Below, piece after piece: positions 44,626 to 57,900 of a stretch of DNA of 64,000 bases. The first letter of the stretch is position 1. Every line of letters begins with the position of its first letter. The notes under the pieces are model-generated. The model saw nothing but the letters and a program-made list of their open reading frames with translations. It did not search any database and was not told where the DNA came from. The DNA is from Lepidodermella squamata (taxonomy: Eukaryota; Animalia; Gastrotricha): contig JBLDXI010000017.1 in the NCBI GenBank assembly GCA_047495785.1, positions 1,364,001 to 1,428,000 of the forward strand, in the 5' to 3' direction. The translations under genes were made by a program, and so were the position numbers.

Positions 44626-47572
44626 GTTTCAGAGGGGAAGAGTCAAATACGTAAAAATCAGAAAATAGTTACAGCACAGTGGCAGATTGCTTCTGGCTAT
44701 CTTATCAACTGGAAACGTATATATTTTATTTTTTTTTATATATTCTTTTTAATAGTTTCCGATAACAATAGGCCAGCTGTTCAATCTATTAAAAGAACCA
44801 AAGTGCCAAGTGAAGTCGAAACTTCTTCAAAATCAGCTTTGAAAAATCTTTTTTGAAAAAGTTTTGTCAATTCGCGGCCGCTCTGACGTTATCCGCGCCA
44901 AAACCCGCTAAAAAAATAATCATAAACTTAAGATTATGTAATACTTTTAACTCAACTGATTTCAACAAATTTTAACTTTAAATAATTTATGAGTTGAATA
45001 GAAAAATTTAAAATTTTGGCGGCATACTCTGCGGCGCCGGTCGTGCGTTTTTTGTGACCGGAATATCGACATACCGCGCCGTTTTCAGGCTCGTTCATGG
45101 TCCGCCGATTGCCGATCGTCTCAGCACTGCTGGTATACGAAGCCGTGACGTGCGAAACATCCGAATTTTTATCATTTTAGGACCTTCACGAAAACTGTAA
45201 TCTCTAACGATCAACGATGTAACTTATACTTTTACAGTAACCAGTAGACAAAGCTTTGTCCATAGAGAACGGATTGAGAGTCCATCGCTCTACCACAACA
45301 CTCATCACAACAATAAAGCTACTTTTAATAAGTTTAATCATTAATTCATCTCATACTAAGCTAAACTATTTGAAACTTACAGTTCCAGCAGTTGATGCGT
45401 CATTCCTTTTCTTTTTTCTTAGTGAGATATTAAAACAGTAAACAGTGATACTTATTCGTAGGATTTTAGAATTTTCCCCGTGCTCAAATTAATTATAGTA
45501 TACTGTATATTGCCCGCTTAGTAATTTTGGGCAGCGGGCGGATTTACAATACACAATGAGGAAGTCAACAATGTTGCGCTTTCATTTTTGCAAATTTTGT
45601 TCTTAAAGATAGCAGCCATTACTCATGTTTTGTTTTTGTTTGATTTTCACCGAATGAAAGTGGCGAATACTGCGAATTGTCAGGTATTTTTAGCTTTTTA
45701 TATGAACATGTTTTATTTGTCGTCCATCCTCGGCCAAAATAGTGATGGTAATATATAAGCCTTACCCGTGAGGGTTTAGGGTTTAGGAGGCTCGACTTTT
45801 TATAGTTTTAAGTAAATTGTGTTTTCTTGACACACTGAAGTTTGTAGGTCTAGTGGAATCGTAAATTTCTGCTAATACTAATACTAAGATAATACTAAGA
45901 CCTATTAGTATTTAGGTCTCAAAGATATTAATCCGAAAAATTGATAATTTCATGGATTTTGCTGGGATATGAATGGCCAGTCGGGCGTGTCTATCGTATA
46001 TCTATCGGGCCCAATATAAACTATCTGAATTCCATCGAATTCCTCATCCGTTCTCCGATCCGATATCCACAGCTAATTTTACAAAAAATGCTTACATTAA
46101 ACTAGTTTATTATGTAAAAAATACCCGCAAGTGCTCTGGCCTCGCTTTTACCACGCCATTGCGTTGGCGGCAAAATTCTATCGCTGATGTAAGAAGCGAG
46201 TCCGCCTCCCATTTCCCCTCCTGGTCCTCTTACAGCCACGTAGGCGAACGAGCATGATGGCTCAAAGGTTGGAGCCGCCTCCTCAGAAAGGCAGTCCGGG
46301 TTCCCCGGGTGTGACACTTTTAGGACCCTTGTTTTGCGCGTTACAGCTCGACTAAGATTAAATAGTCTAGTGGGCCCAATTTTAATTTAGAGGTAACCTA
46401 CACATAGAAAGTAAACGCTAGACTACCTAACTCAGCTATAATTTTCCGCATTTTCTCCCTGGTCTAAATCATCTCTAGATTTTTGTCTTGTTTGCTGTTG
46501 TCTCTATTTTTGCTCCGAAATCCGTCCATCGCTGTGTTGACCTTTGACCGTATTAAGACAAATCCAACGGTCGGACTTGAAAATTACTCAGGCGGATTTT
46601 TATAAAATTGACCTGAGTAATTTTAAGACAAGCTATCGTGCAGAATGAGGCTGAGTAACGCTAGTTCGAAATTGCAGGTGACATGAGTCACTAAAATCGG
46701 ACACAGCCGTTCCATCTGGTCCCGTAGGCTTGAAGACCCGCACGTACTAATCCTCGGTTTTATTTGTCATAAGGACGAAACCGATTTAGTGGTAGTTTGT
46801 GTTATACGGTAGCATTGTCTTAAAGCCACAGAATTTAGTATGTTGGATATTACTGTCATTATTATTATTATTTGACCGCAAGGCCCTTGTGCATGTTATT
46901 ATTATTATGTTACTATCAGTTAAGTGCAAGGCTGGTCGCGTGTCATTAGGTATCGGTTTTTTGTGTAGTGCAAAGGTCGCACGCTCCGTCGTTTGCTGCG
47001 CCTTGCCTCCCAATTGTAGCTGCGCCTGAGGCGCGATTACTGATGGTTGCTTGTAGCGCCTAGAGCGCCAGAGTAACTTTATTTAAGCCCTTGACTGGCA
47101 AAGGAGAAGTAGCTAATTTGCCTCCTTTGCCAGGAATCGTGTTTTCACCGAACTTGGATCCGCTTCCTCAGTTGGGCTTTATTTCCACTGTTACATTCAC
47201 CATACCTCACTCTTCAACAGAGTAATTTGAGCTCTAATTTCAAATTTCTCTTATAATTATTGGGTTGTTATGTTCGTTGATTGTTGGAATAGAGATGATG
47301 TACGATCTGGATACTATCCTAGGGCTTGTGATCATCTGCCCCAGGTACGCAGTGATTATTAACATATTTGGCCAGCATTTTGGATTTTTCTCGGAGGCAT
47401 CGGCTGTGGAAAAAATCAAATTATCTTCGAGCATTTCATTATGGGAAATATTTTACGCTTAATTTGTTTTCATTAAATATAGGTTTTTTCAATAATCAAA
47501 ACAGTGGCAGTGTTGGATCGCCTCAGTGTCAATCGAAAACTCTGGTAGCCATCAAGTGTTGTTACGGATTCA

Positions 47573-48136
47573 ATGGCGAAACCTGGCCCTAAGCCCAAAG
47601 CAGGCACTGATAATGTAAGGAGATATTTTCAGTGGCGGAGATAAACTTTTTCCCATGTGGTTCACAGGACGAAATCAAAGTCCATTTTGATAGTAATTTT
47701 CCCAAATAGTGGGGCGCAGTTGAACTAACTTGCTTTCTCTCAATATTGAAGGAAATACCTACGAAAAAATTCAGAATTCACAAATGTAGAAAGGTGTTTA
47801 CAGGTCCCCCTAATTGTTGAGGACCAATGGGGGGAATGAATCCCCATTTTATAGGGGGTGCATATCTCCGTCACTGAATATTTTTAATTGTACTCGATTG
47901 ATTGTCTCATTCTCCATTTATAGGACGATCCCGAAAAGATCCTGCAGAGGCGAGAGGCTAACAGATTAGCTCAAGCGAGACGTTGGAAAAAAATTCAAAC
48001 TTGTAAGGCGAAAAATGAGGAGAACATTCGACAGTTGCTGGCGGAGAAGAACGACTTGGAAGTGGAGAATACCCGCTTGAAAATGAAAATCCTGGCGCTG
48101 GAAAATAAGAAATGTGTTATGTGTTCACGCAGCTAA
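47573..48136 (+). CDS. Minimal bZIP-like protein (84 aa); exons 47573-47614, 47924-48136
   Basis: MAKPGPKPKAGTDN|DDPEKILQRREANRLAQARRWKKIQTCKAKNEENIRQLLAEKNDLEVENTRLKMKILALENKKCVMCSRS*; basic region with NxxAQ and Leu heptads; phase-0 GTAAG..TAG intron. Confidence 0.6.
47630..47876. mobile_element. hAT-type MITE in the bZIP intron
   Basis: 14-bp TIR CAGTGGCGGAGATA / TATCTCCGTCACTG (one mismatch) flanked by 8-bp GATATTTT / AATATTTT (7/8 identical). Confidence 0.8.
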
Positions 48137-48813
48137 TTCCACTGCTGACTTCTGTTAACTTGAATTAAATATTATTTATTCAAGTAAAGTATTATTCAAG
48201 ACCAATTCGAATTGAAAAATAATATTCAAGATGTGCGGTTTAATGCTGTTATGTTATTATGGATAACTTCTTATTAGAAGACTGCTCTGAAGCAAACAGT
48301 TATACAGATCTTACAAGTCAGCCAAATAGCTATTCTTCTGATTTTGTCTGAGTTACCCGTGGCGGTACAATGAAATTAGAATCAGTCGGTCCTGAACAGT
48401 CGGAACAATCTGTCGAATAAGTAGAAATATCAGTCTGCTGCTGTAAATTCACAAGCATCACAGCGCCTCTACACTGTTGTCTTTCGGCCCGGTGATGTCT
48501 GTGATTGAATAGGTATGCATTTTCTGAGGCTTTGTGCGCTGTTCTTGTTGCCCGCCTCGCGCTTGAGCTTTTAAATCTTGTTTTACTCGTGCGAGAGTGG
48601 ACTTTGGCTACGATCCCCTAAACCACCTGGTGTGCCGTGCGGAGCTTGGAGGAATAGTAATCTCTATTTCCTCTAGTGTTTATTCCTCCAAGGTGCGGAG
48701 AGTTCACAGAAAATCGCAACATCGGCTGATTCATTTTCTTATGAAATTCTAAAACTGATTTTCATAGGATTTTATAATTGTATAATTGAGTTGAAGCTAA
48801 TTCGCAGCCTCAA

Positions 48814-49174
48814 ATGGTGGGTAAGTAGGTAATTCCGCCGATGAATATACTGAACTCGATTGATTGTGAAATTTATATTTTTAGGACGATCGTTAAAAGA
48901 AGCCGAAGAAGCTCCAGCGAAGCTTCGGGATAAAATTAAGGCTCTGATCTTGCGCCTGAAGGAAAATATGTGAGAGTTGAATGCGGAGATGTACCGATTG
49001 GAGCATCAGAACACTGGCCTGGAGGAAGAGAAAGTTGAGGGAGGAGAATCACCGATTGAAAATTATGGCTCTGACCTGGAGATGGAAAATCGCATGTTGC
49101 GTTGGGAGAACCAGTTAAAATTCGAGCTTGAAAATATGAAACTTGATCGATTCTGGGACAACTTTAACTGCTGA
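48814..49174 (+). pseudogene. Decayed tandem paralogue of the mini-bZIP gene
   Basis: Shares the intron end (ACTCGATTGATTGT..TAG|GACGATC) and downstream blocks (TATTCAAGATGTGCGGTTT) with 47890-48450; the zipper-like frame has an in-frame TGA (ENM*ELNAE). Confidence 0.6.
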
Positions 49175-50044
49175 CTTTAATTCAATCGAACTAATATTCA
49201 AAGACCTATCCAAATTCAACAATTCTATTCAAGATGTGCGGTTTGAGGACGTTACTTTATAATTTTTTCCAGATGAATTGTTATTAAAAATGAATACTAT
49301 ATTGAAGCAAGAAGTTCATGCAGATCAAACTGATCTGCAAATAACTATTCTTCCGATAATGCTCGGAGTATTCCGTGGTGATACTTACTGGATAATTAGA
49401 ATTAGCAATTAGTCGATCGTAATCGGCCGAATGTCTCTGAATATCTCTGTTGAATTAGCAGAAATCTTTTAGCCTGCTGCTGACAGGCTACAACGCTTCA
49501 ACCCGGTAATACCTGCGGTTTAATTTTCTGAGATGAGAAACAGTGCTTTTGCCCGCTGCCTTCAAATATTTTTATACCAGTGGCAACATGTCACATGCGA
49601 TGTTAGACTTCGCCTAAACGAACTGGTGATACCGCAGAGTTTACCGAAAATCGGAACATTAAACTACACAGGAAAATACATTTCTCCGACCGTTTTCAGG
49701 AGTTTACTTGCGAATTTCGCGACCTATAAATGATTGATAGAAAAAGCTTCATTATATCCAGTTGCGTAGCCAGGATTTTGTTGGGGTTTGATAATTTTTT
49801 ACCCTCAGGTTGAAACATTTCAAAAGTCGATTTGCGAGCGAAGTGGACGCTTTTTGGGCATTTTCGAGCCGAAAATGGGCTTAGAATGTATGCTGAAGGA
49901 TTTATAGGAAACATTTAGTTGATGAAAAAATTCTTTTTTATCCTCCGATCCCCCATTTTATCTATGGAATCGAAGCTCCCATGATTCCAGTCTTTGATTT
50001 TTTATTTCTTTTATAGTGACATTTTGAACCCGTGATTTTTTTCC

Positions 50045-53000
50045 ATGGCGGAAGTTGCAGCCAATGCGCAGCCCCAAAAGGCGTTTGATCCTGCTGGTAA
50101 GTCGTCAGCAGTATTTAAGTTACCGATAGCTTTATTCCTTTCTTTTTCAGATTTCCTCCCGATCGAAATTCCTCCTGCACCTGTCGGTTTAGGTGGAAAA
50201 GAAGGGCAGGGCCCTCGTCTAGTCATCAAATCATTGATTTTGGAAAACTTCAAGTCCTACGCCGGTAAGCACGAGATCGGCCCTTTCCACAAAAAGTTCT
50301 CCACCGTTGTCGGCCCGAATGGAAGTGGCAAATCGAACATTATCGATGCGCTACTATTCGTCTTCGGATACCGTGCAGCTCGTATGCGCCAGAAAAAAAT
50401 CAATAAGCTCATCCACAGCTCGGAGAATTGCCAAGACCTCGACCAAGCCTCTGTTACTGTCCGTTTCGAAAAAATCGTCGACACGGGCCCGGGCGGTAAT
50501 GACTTTACAGTTGTTCAGGGCTCGGCTTTCGACATTCGCCGCACTGTATACGCCGATGGCTCGTCAACTTACCATCTCGATGAAAAGAAAGCAACTCATC
50601 GCGATATCTGCGACATGTTACGCTCGTATGGCATCGATTTAGACCACAATCGCTTCCTCATTCTTCAGGGCGAGGTCGAGCAGATCGCGATGATGAAGCC
50701 GAAAGCGCCTACTGAAAACGACGATGGAATGCTGGAATTTCTCGAAGATATCATCGGAACCTCGCGGTTTAAATCAGTTCTAGAGACGCTGGAAGAACGA
50801 ATTCGTGTCCTCAATCACTTCCGCTCGGAAAAATTGTACCGCGTCAAGTTGATTGAACAGGAGAAGAATTCGTTAGCAGCTGTTAAAGATGAAGCTTTAG
50901 AGTGGATTGAGAAAAGCAACACTCTGGTTTTACGCCGCAACGCTCACCTCCAGAAAGTCATCCAACGCTACACGCATGAAGAAAACCAGCTTAACCAGCA
51001 GAAAGAAACGATTGTGAACTCGAAGCAAGCTCGTGAAACCGAGCTGAAAAAGGTGAAAACTGAAAAGAAGGAAAAAGATCGTCTGTTGGCCGAGTTCGTT
51101 AGTCGTGAGGAAACTTTACGAAAAGCTCTTGAAGCTCGTAAGAAGCAATTTGCTGATTGCGAGGCTCGCGACGCTAAATTGCAGCAAGACATCAAACACG
51201 CAAGTTCAAAAATCTTGAAGCTTGAAAAGCAACTCGCGTCTGAGGAGAAAAATCTCGCCGATCTCAACAAAGCCGCTGCCTCGAAATCAGCGAGCGATCC
51301 TAAAGATGCTGAGGCCGCGCTGAAGGAAGAAATCTCGAAGATTCAACAGAAAATTAAAGCTCTCGACGAGGAGAAGAACGAATTGGAGGAAAAAATCTCG
51401 AAGGCCCGCGACGCTTTGAAGCCTGAAACCGAAGCCCTACGAGCTGAGAAGAAGAAAAAAGACGGCGAGTTGGCTAAAGTTCGTAAATTGGCCGACGAAG
51501 CGAAAGCTCAGGTGAAACTGGCGCAGAATGAGGTTGATACAGTTAAATCAGCTCAATCTCGCGAGTCGGAGAAACTGAGCAAAATCGCCGGGCAACTTGA
51601 ATCGGCGAAAAATCGCCACGAAGAACTGAAGCGTGACGTTGCGTCGGCGACAGCTCGCGGTAAAGAAATAACGAAGGAACACGAAAATTTGACGCAAGAG
51701 ATTGCACAAGCTGCGGAAAAAGCGTCAAAACTAGTAGATTCAATCAACCAAGACCGGCGAAAATTGGCCGAATGTCGAGATGCGCAACAAGCAGCTGGTA
51801 CTCGCAATCGCGTTCTCGGTTTCTTACTCGAGCAAAAGCAGAAGGGTGTCGTGCCGGGTGTTATCGGGCGACTGGGTGATTTAGGCTGGATTGATCCGAA
51901 ATACGACATTGCCGTTTCAACCGCTTGCAGCCCTCTCGACTCAATCGTCGTAGATACAGTTGAAACCGCAACGGCTTGCATTGATTTGATCCGGAAAAAC
52001 AACATTGGTTTCGGTAATTTCCTCGCCCTGGATAAGGTGACTAACAAGGCTGGTCAAGCGATGCGCCACAAATTCCCTGGCGCGCCTGAGAAAGTCCCTC
52101 GGCTGTTCGATTTGATCAAAGTTAACGATGAATCTCTCCTCCCGGTTTTCTACCACGGTCTTCGCGATACGTTGGTTGCGGATAATATCGAACAGGCCAC
52201 CCGAGTTGCGTACGGCAGTACGCGTTACCGTGTTGTCACCCTGAATGGGCAGTTGATCGAAACCTCCGGAACAATGAGCGGTGGCGGTAATCGGCCATCG
52301 CGAGGCCGGATGGCGCTGTCAGAGGCTAACACGGTTTCGACTAATAAACGGAAATCAGTTGGCGGGGATGATGTCGACATTCCGAAAATCGAACAGGCGA
52401 TTCAAGCCGCTCAGAACGAGGTGGGCACTTTAAATCGGCGCCGTCTGGAAGGCACCGAGCGAATTCATACGTTGGAGGTTGAGATCAAGGAATGCATGAA
52501 GAAGGTCGAGAAGGCCAAGTCTGAACTCGCGTCTTTGGAGAAATCCATCCCGCAACTCGAGCAGAACGCCCAGGAACAGGAGAAGACTGTCTCAGCCGCT
52601 GCCCCGGATTCGAAACGAGTCGCTGAGCTCGAGGCGGTTGTTGCGAAGAAGCAAAAAGAGGCTGATAAAGCCCTGGATGTTGTGAAAAAGGCTCAGGAGG
52701 AACTGGCCGAGGTTGAAGAACGTCTCGGGGCGATTAGTGGCGCTAAGTTGAAGCCAATGGTCGATAGAATGGAGCATTGCCAGTCGGAGATCGATCGTTT
52801 GAAGAATGAAATCACGACGAAACGATCAGCGGCGAAACAAGCGGAGAAAAATTTGCAAAGAACTACTGAACGAGTGGCGGAATTGCGCGAGCAGTTGGAC
52901 GAAGCTCGGGAGTCGAAGGCGAAATTGCTGGAAGATTGCAAGGCGCTGGAGACTGAAGCTCAAGAGGCGATTAATGCCCACGACGAGGTGAAGAAGGATT

Positions 53001-54583
53001 TGAAGAAAATCGACGCTGATAAGGGGGACGTGTCTGATGCGTTCAAAAAATTGGCGGCTGATGAGACGTCGGCACAAAAGGACATTTTAGGCTGGCAACA
53101 GCAGTTGGAAGAGCTTGAGGAGCGAATCAAGGCGAATCGATCTGGGTTGAAGCGATTCCGGCGTGATTTGGCTGGTTTGGCGTTGCAACCGGCCGATGGT
53201 GGTACGGGAGGCGATGAGGAAAAAGAAGCCGTAGATGAACCTAAATTGCCGACTTTGAGTGAAGATCAGCTCGAGGAGATCGATGAAGAGGCTATTTCGG
53301 TCGAAATCGCGAGGTTGGAAGAAGAAATTGGCCAGAAACAGCCGAATATCGAAGCTATTCAAGAATACCGTAGAAAAGTGAGTTTATTCAATATATTTTC
53401 TTAGTGAAACCACCGAATCCAAAATACAGGCTAAAAATTGCTGAAGCACGCGACTGGGCTGATTTTCTATCATCTTGGCATGTTATTTATTGAAAATTGG
53501 AATAACCGGGAAAATGAGGCTCGGCCTAAGCTAAGATGCTGGAAAATCTATCGAATCGCTTGCTTTTAGTATAGAAAATAGCGTTATTGTGGATTCGGCT
53601 TTTCCACTAAGTTCCATTAGAAAATTTGATTTTAAAATAAAATATAAAATATAAAAAAATATGTAATATTTAAAATAATTTTTACAGGAAAAACTGTATT
53701 TGCAACGGGTGGCTGAACTCGAGGAGTTGACCGAGTGCCGTGAGAAGCAGCGCCAACAGCTTGAAACCATCCGCCGTACCCGCTTGCAAGAGTTCCAAAG
53801 CGGTTTCGGTATAATTACTGCCCACGTTCGAGAAATCTATCACATGATCACCGGTGGTGGTGATGCCGAACTTGAATCTGTCGATCAGATGGACCCGTTC
53901 AGCGACGGCATCTCTTTCCAGTAAGATTTTCAGTTAATTCCAGAATTTAAGATCTTTCTTGTTATTTTGACTAAAAATAACGTTTTAACAACAACACTAC
54001 AAGCTACAAGCTAGAAATGATAAAATTTGAATTTTATTGCAATTATTTTTATTATTTTGAAATTTTAAAATAATATTTTATAAAAATTAAAAAAATCAAA
54101 ATTGTTTTTTAAATATTTTAATTATTTTCATACTCAATTTTACGATCATTTACTAATCGAATTTTCTTTTTCAGCGTCCGCCCTCCAAATAAATCGTGGA
54201 AAAGCATCACAAATTTGTCTGGCGGTGAGAAGACATTAAGCTCCCTGGCCCTCATTTTCGCGCTGCACATTTTCCGCCCGGCGCCGTTCTACATAATGGA
54301 CGAAATCGACGCGGCCCTCGATGCTCGCAACGTTGGCATCATCGCCATCTACCTGACTGAGCGGACGAGCAACGCGCAGTTCATCGTTATCTCGCTGCGT
54401 AATGAAATGTTCGAACTCGCCGACCGTATGATCGGCATCTACAAGACGCACAACTGTTCGAAATTCGTCGTTTTCGACCCGTCCGCCATGGCAGCGGCCG
54501 CCGGCGCCCTGCCCAGCCAAATGCAGCAGCAAGCCGCGATCACCGACGGCCCTGTCGACGATTCGCAGCGCACTCATCGCTGA
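50045..54583 (+). CDS. SMC4: Condensin subunit SMC4; exons 50045-50096, 50151-53377, 53688-53920, 54175-54583
   Basis: NFKSYAG, Walker A GPNGSGKS, IDLDHNRFLILQGEVEQIAMMKPK, hinge GRLGDLG..YDIAVSTAC, signature LSGGEKTLSSLAL, Walker B YIMDEIDAALD, AQFIVISLRNEMFE. Confidence 0.97.
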
Positions 54584-54913
54584 ATTTTTTCAATTTTGTG
54601 ACTTTTATCGCGTTAATTTTAGTCAATTATCTCGGTACTCTTATTCTGTAACTGCATTTCATCGCAACTTTTCATCATTATAGCTACGCATGCCGAAAAA
54701 TGAAATAAAAAACGACGCATTTTTAAACGTGATTTTTTTATTGGCCGGATGATATAGTAGTGCATCGAGTAATAGTTTACAATTTCAACAGCCAGATATT
54801 ATTTTAATTACTATGGAAGAAATAATAATGAAATAATTACACATCGATTTTTAACGTGTTGTGCGACACAAATTTAACAGCCATTATATCAGTCAATATT
54901 GAGCGGTAGAAAA

Positions 54914-57900
54914 CTATGAAATGGCCAAAAATTTGTCGGCAAGAACTTCGCCGATATCCGGACGCTCGTCTGGGTGATTCGTCAGGAGATTCTCAACAAA
55001 ATGACGCAGCGAATCGCCATAAGGCATTTTCGACGGAAATTGGACCCTAATTAAAAAAATAAATAAAAATTCCTCCTTAAAAAAATAAAATTCTCACTTT
55101 GTGCGTTTCGGCTTGAATAAATTTTCATCGCCCTCATCAAACTGTTTTAAAATATTTTGAAAAGAAATCGAAAATCAAAAATTTCCTAACCGGTGGTCTA
55201 GAGAATGCAAGCTGGTAGGTCAAAGCGCCTAGAGCCCAAATATCGGCTTTGCGCGAATAGGGTTGGTGATCGATAATTTCGGGCGCAATGTGAGCGCCCT
55301 TTCGGCGCAAGGCGACAACTTGGCGGTACTTGTCGATCTTGTGGATCGTCCCAATCTGGCCCAGCTTAACGTGCTTGTTGTTGTCGACAACTAGAATGTT
55401 CTTGGCTTTGATGTTGCGGTGCACGATGCCGTTTTCGTGAAGAAATTTCACCGCCGAAGATAGCTGCCATATCCAAGAACGAATCTGGGGAAAAATAAAA
55501 ATTTGAATTTCTTTCGAAAAAATTTAGGTCATACAGTTGCTTCAGGTAGGTTCAATCTCTCCTTTCGATTTTTCGAAATAAGCTTCGACAAATCGCCACC
55601 AGAACAAAACTCCATCTCGATAATAAGCTTATCATGTTCTAAATCGAAAATCAATTCATAAAACCAGATTGAAAATATTGGGATTTTTTACCTTCGAAAA
55701 CTTTGAAAAACTGAACAACATGAGCGTGGCTGTATTTCGCGTTAACGAGAGATGTTGCTTCGTGAATGACACTTCGCCGCTCGACTGAGTTCATCCGAGC
55801 GAGGGAGACCTCCTTCAAAACAACTTGAGTTTTGTCGATAGGTCTGCGGGCAAGGAGAGCGCGGCTGAAATAGCCCTGGCTGATAATCCGAATTCCTTCG
55901 TATTGATCACTAAGACGAACAAAGATAAATGGAAAATTTCTAAAAATCAAGATTAATTACCATGACACGTCCAGAGCACTCGTTGATGGCTTCCGAAATT
56001 CGATCAGCGGCAACGATTCAGACAATTGATTATCGCAATTTTGCAGAACCGAACAAGAGATAGAAGCCGACTTTTGAGACGCCACCTTAAAACAATAAGT
56101 AATTATCGTAAAATTCACAATTTCTCCATTCTTACTCGATAGGCTTTAGCCGCGACATCGGAAAGATGGCGTTTGCTCACATTTCCAACAGCGTTCCAAT
56201 CAACAACATCAATGCCGTCGTACTTTGACCCAGTTGAAACAGCCATGAAGACTTTGCTACCTTGCGCCAAAGGAATTCGAGCAAGCTAAAAAAAAATCCA
56301 TCAATATCTCAATAATTCTCTAAATTTCATATGCAAACCTGTTCAATGTACTGGAAAACTTGTTGCGGAATTTCCTCATGAAGGATCGACAGAACGTGAA
56401 GTCCAAGCGCGAAATAGCCATTGATCAACCGCTGTCGAGATTCAGAAATCTCCGAACCAGGCGTGTTGACAACAATTCGTTCCAGCTGAATGATAACACG
56501 TTGGAACATATCAATAGGCTTGCACTCTTCCAGAACGAGATGATGGTCATCGGACTTGAATGCGAAAATCAAATTGACACAGCTTTTATAGATGTGAAAA
56601 GCTGAAACATTAAAAATTAATTCATATTTTTTTTATGAATTAAATTAGCATACTATCAGCGCAAAAAGGGTCCGGATTCAGGAGATGAATATCAATGGCG
56701 TGTAGGCACAGTCGGAAACAGGTGTTGTACTGGCGTAATTTTCCGAAATGAACCGCCACCTCACGCACGCTGTTGTACGTAAACGGGTGCTCCAGGCCAA
56801 GAATTCGCTCGCAAATCTAAAAAAAAATTGAGCGCCAACTTTTAGTAAACAAATAGCAATAATTGCGTCATCAAGTTCACGTGACAGTCTGAGTAATTTT
56901 TCCAGGTCATTCAGGGCAATAAAATGCCTGGTTTTAATGAAATTTATTAAACCAATTATTTACCAGAAGTGCAGTGAAATGAACTTTAGTAGTGTCGCTG
57001 CGAATGGCGCTCAGCTCTTTCGAGTTGCGATATTCAGTCAAGTTGTTGTAGACAGTTCGCGGCTCTACATCGTTCAACTTTTTGTTGTAACGCGATAGAA
57101 GCGACTGTCGCAAAGCCACCGCTGAATACCAGCAATCGAGCCCGTTCTTGACATTCGACGGCGTTGATCGGGACAGCGTTCGAGGTCGCATTTCAATCAC
57201 TGAGCCCGAGTTCTTTTTATCCTTATCCCGGCCGGAGCAGATTTTTTTCGCACCCAGCAACTCAAGAGCATCGGCTGCTTTGTCCTTCGACAGGCCCTTC
57301 GACAACAATTTAACGGCCTCGTCATGTTCGTACATGGCTGCGACTAGTACCGGGGTGATACCGGCATTGTTCGGTTTTTGAGTCGCGCCATAGGCAAGCA
57401 GTAGCTTCAAAATTTTCGTATTTCCATTTTCGGCTGCATCGTGAAGACAGGTATGGCCTGAGCAAAAAAATTGATAAAAAATTAAGTAAAACAAAAATAA
57501 AAATGTCCAACCATCCAAGCTCGCCTGATCGACCTTGGCCCTTCTCTCAAGAAGGTACTCGACGATTTCATAGTGGCCACGAGCACAAGCGACCATAAGC
57601 GGGGTGCTGCGGCAGACATTTCCAAGTTCCAGATCGGCGCCTTTTTCCACCAAAAATTTGAGAAGTTCCACGTGGCCCCCGTGGCAACAAGCTCGTAAGG
57701 GTGAAGACAGGGTCTTCTTGGTTCGGATATTGACATTAGCGCCGAATCTGATGAGAAATTTAGCTAGGGGGATGTTGTTCTTCTGACAAGCTAGCCACAA
57801 AGGCGGCACTCCTTCGATGAGATGATCGTTGATTTTCACTAACAAATTACAAATTACAAATTTTGCGAAATTTTCTAAAATTTGCTCACCATCCCCGAGT

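Larger units (their letters stand above)
40095..44700 (-). mobile_element. Apparently intact non-LTR retrotransposon (APE-type LINE); ends approximate
   Basis: Two uninterrupted, intronless ORFs; ~300 nt 3' UTR with AATAAA at ~40098-40103; no TSD identified. Confidence 0.9.

Noticed and set aside
45215-45420. Possible solo LTR
   Set aside because: AATAAA and LTR-like composition only; no defined TG..CA ends, TSD or second copy.
46725-46790. Possible hammerhead ribozyme (GGACGAAACCG with a hairpin)
   Set aside because: No CUGANGA core and no consistent three-stem arrangement.
50257-53362. Minus-strand ORFs inside SMC4
   Set aside because: Antisense shadows of coiled-coil codons.
54914-55950. 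Independent, active NEK kinase gene
   Set aside because: No own in-frame ATG, splices in frame to Fem-1 exons, and lacks both the HRD and DFG aspartates.
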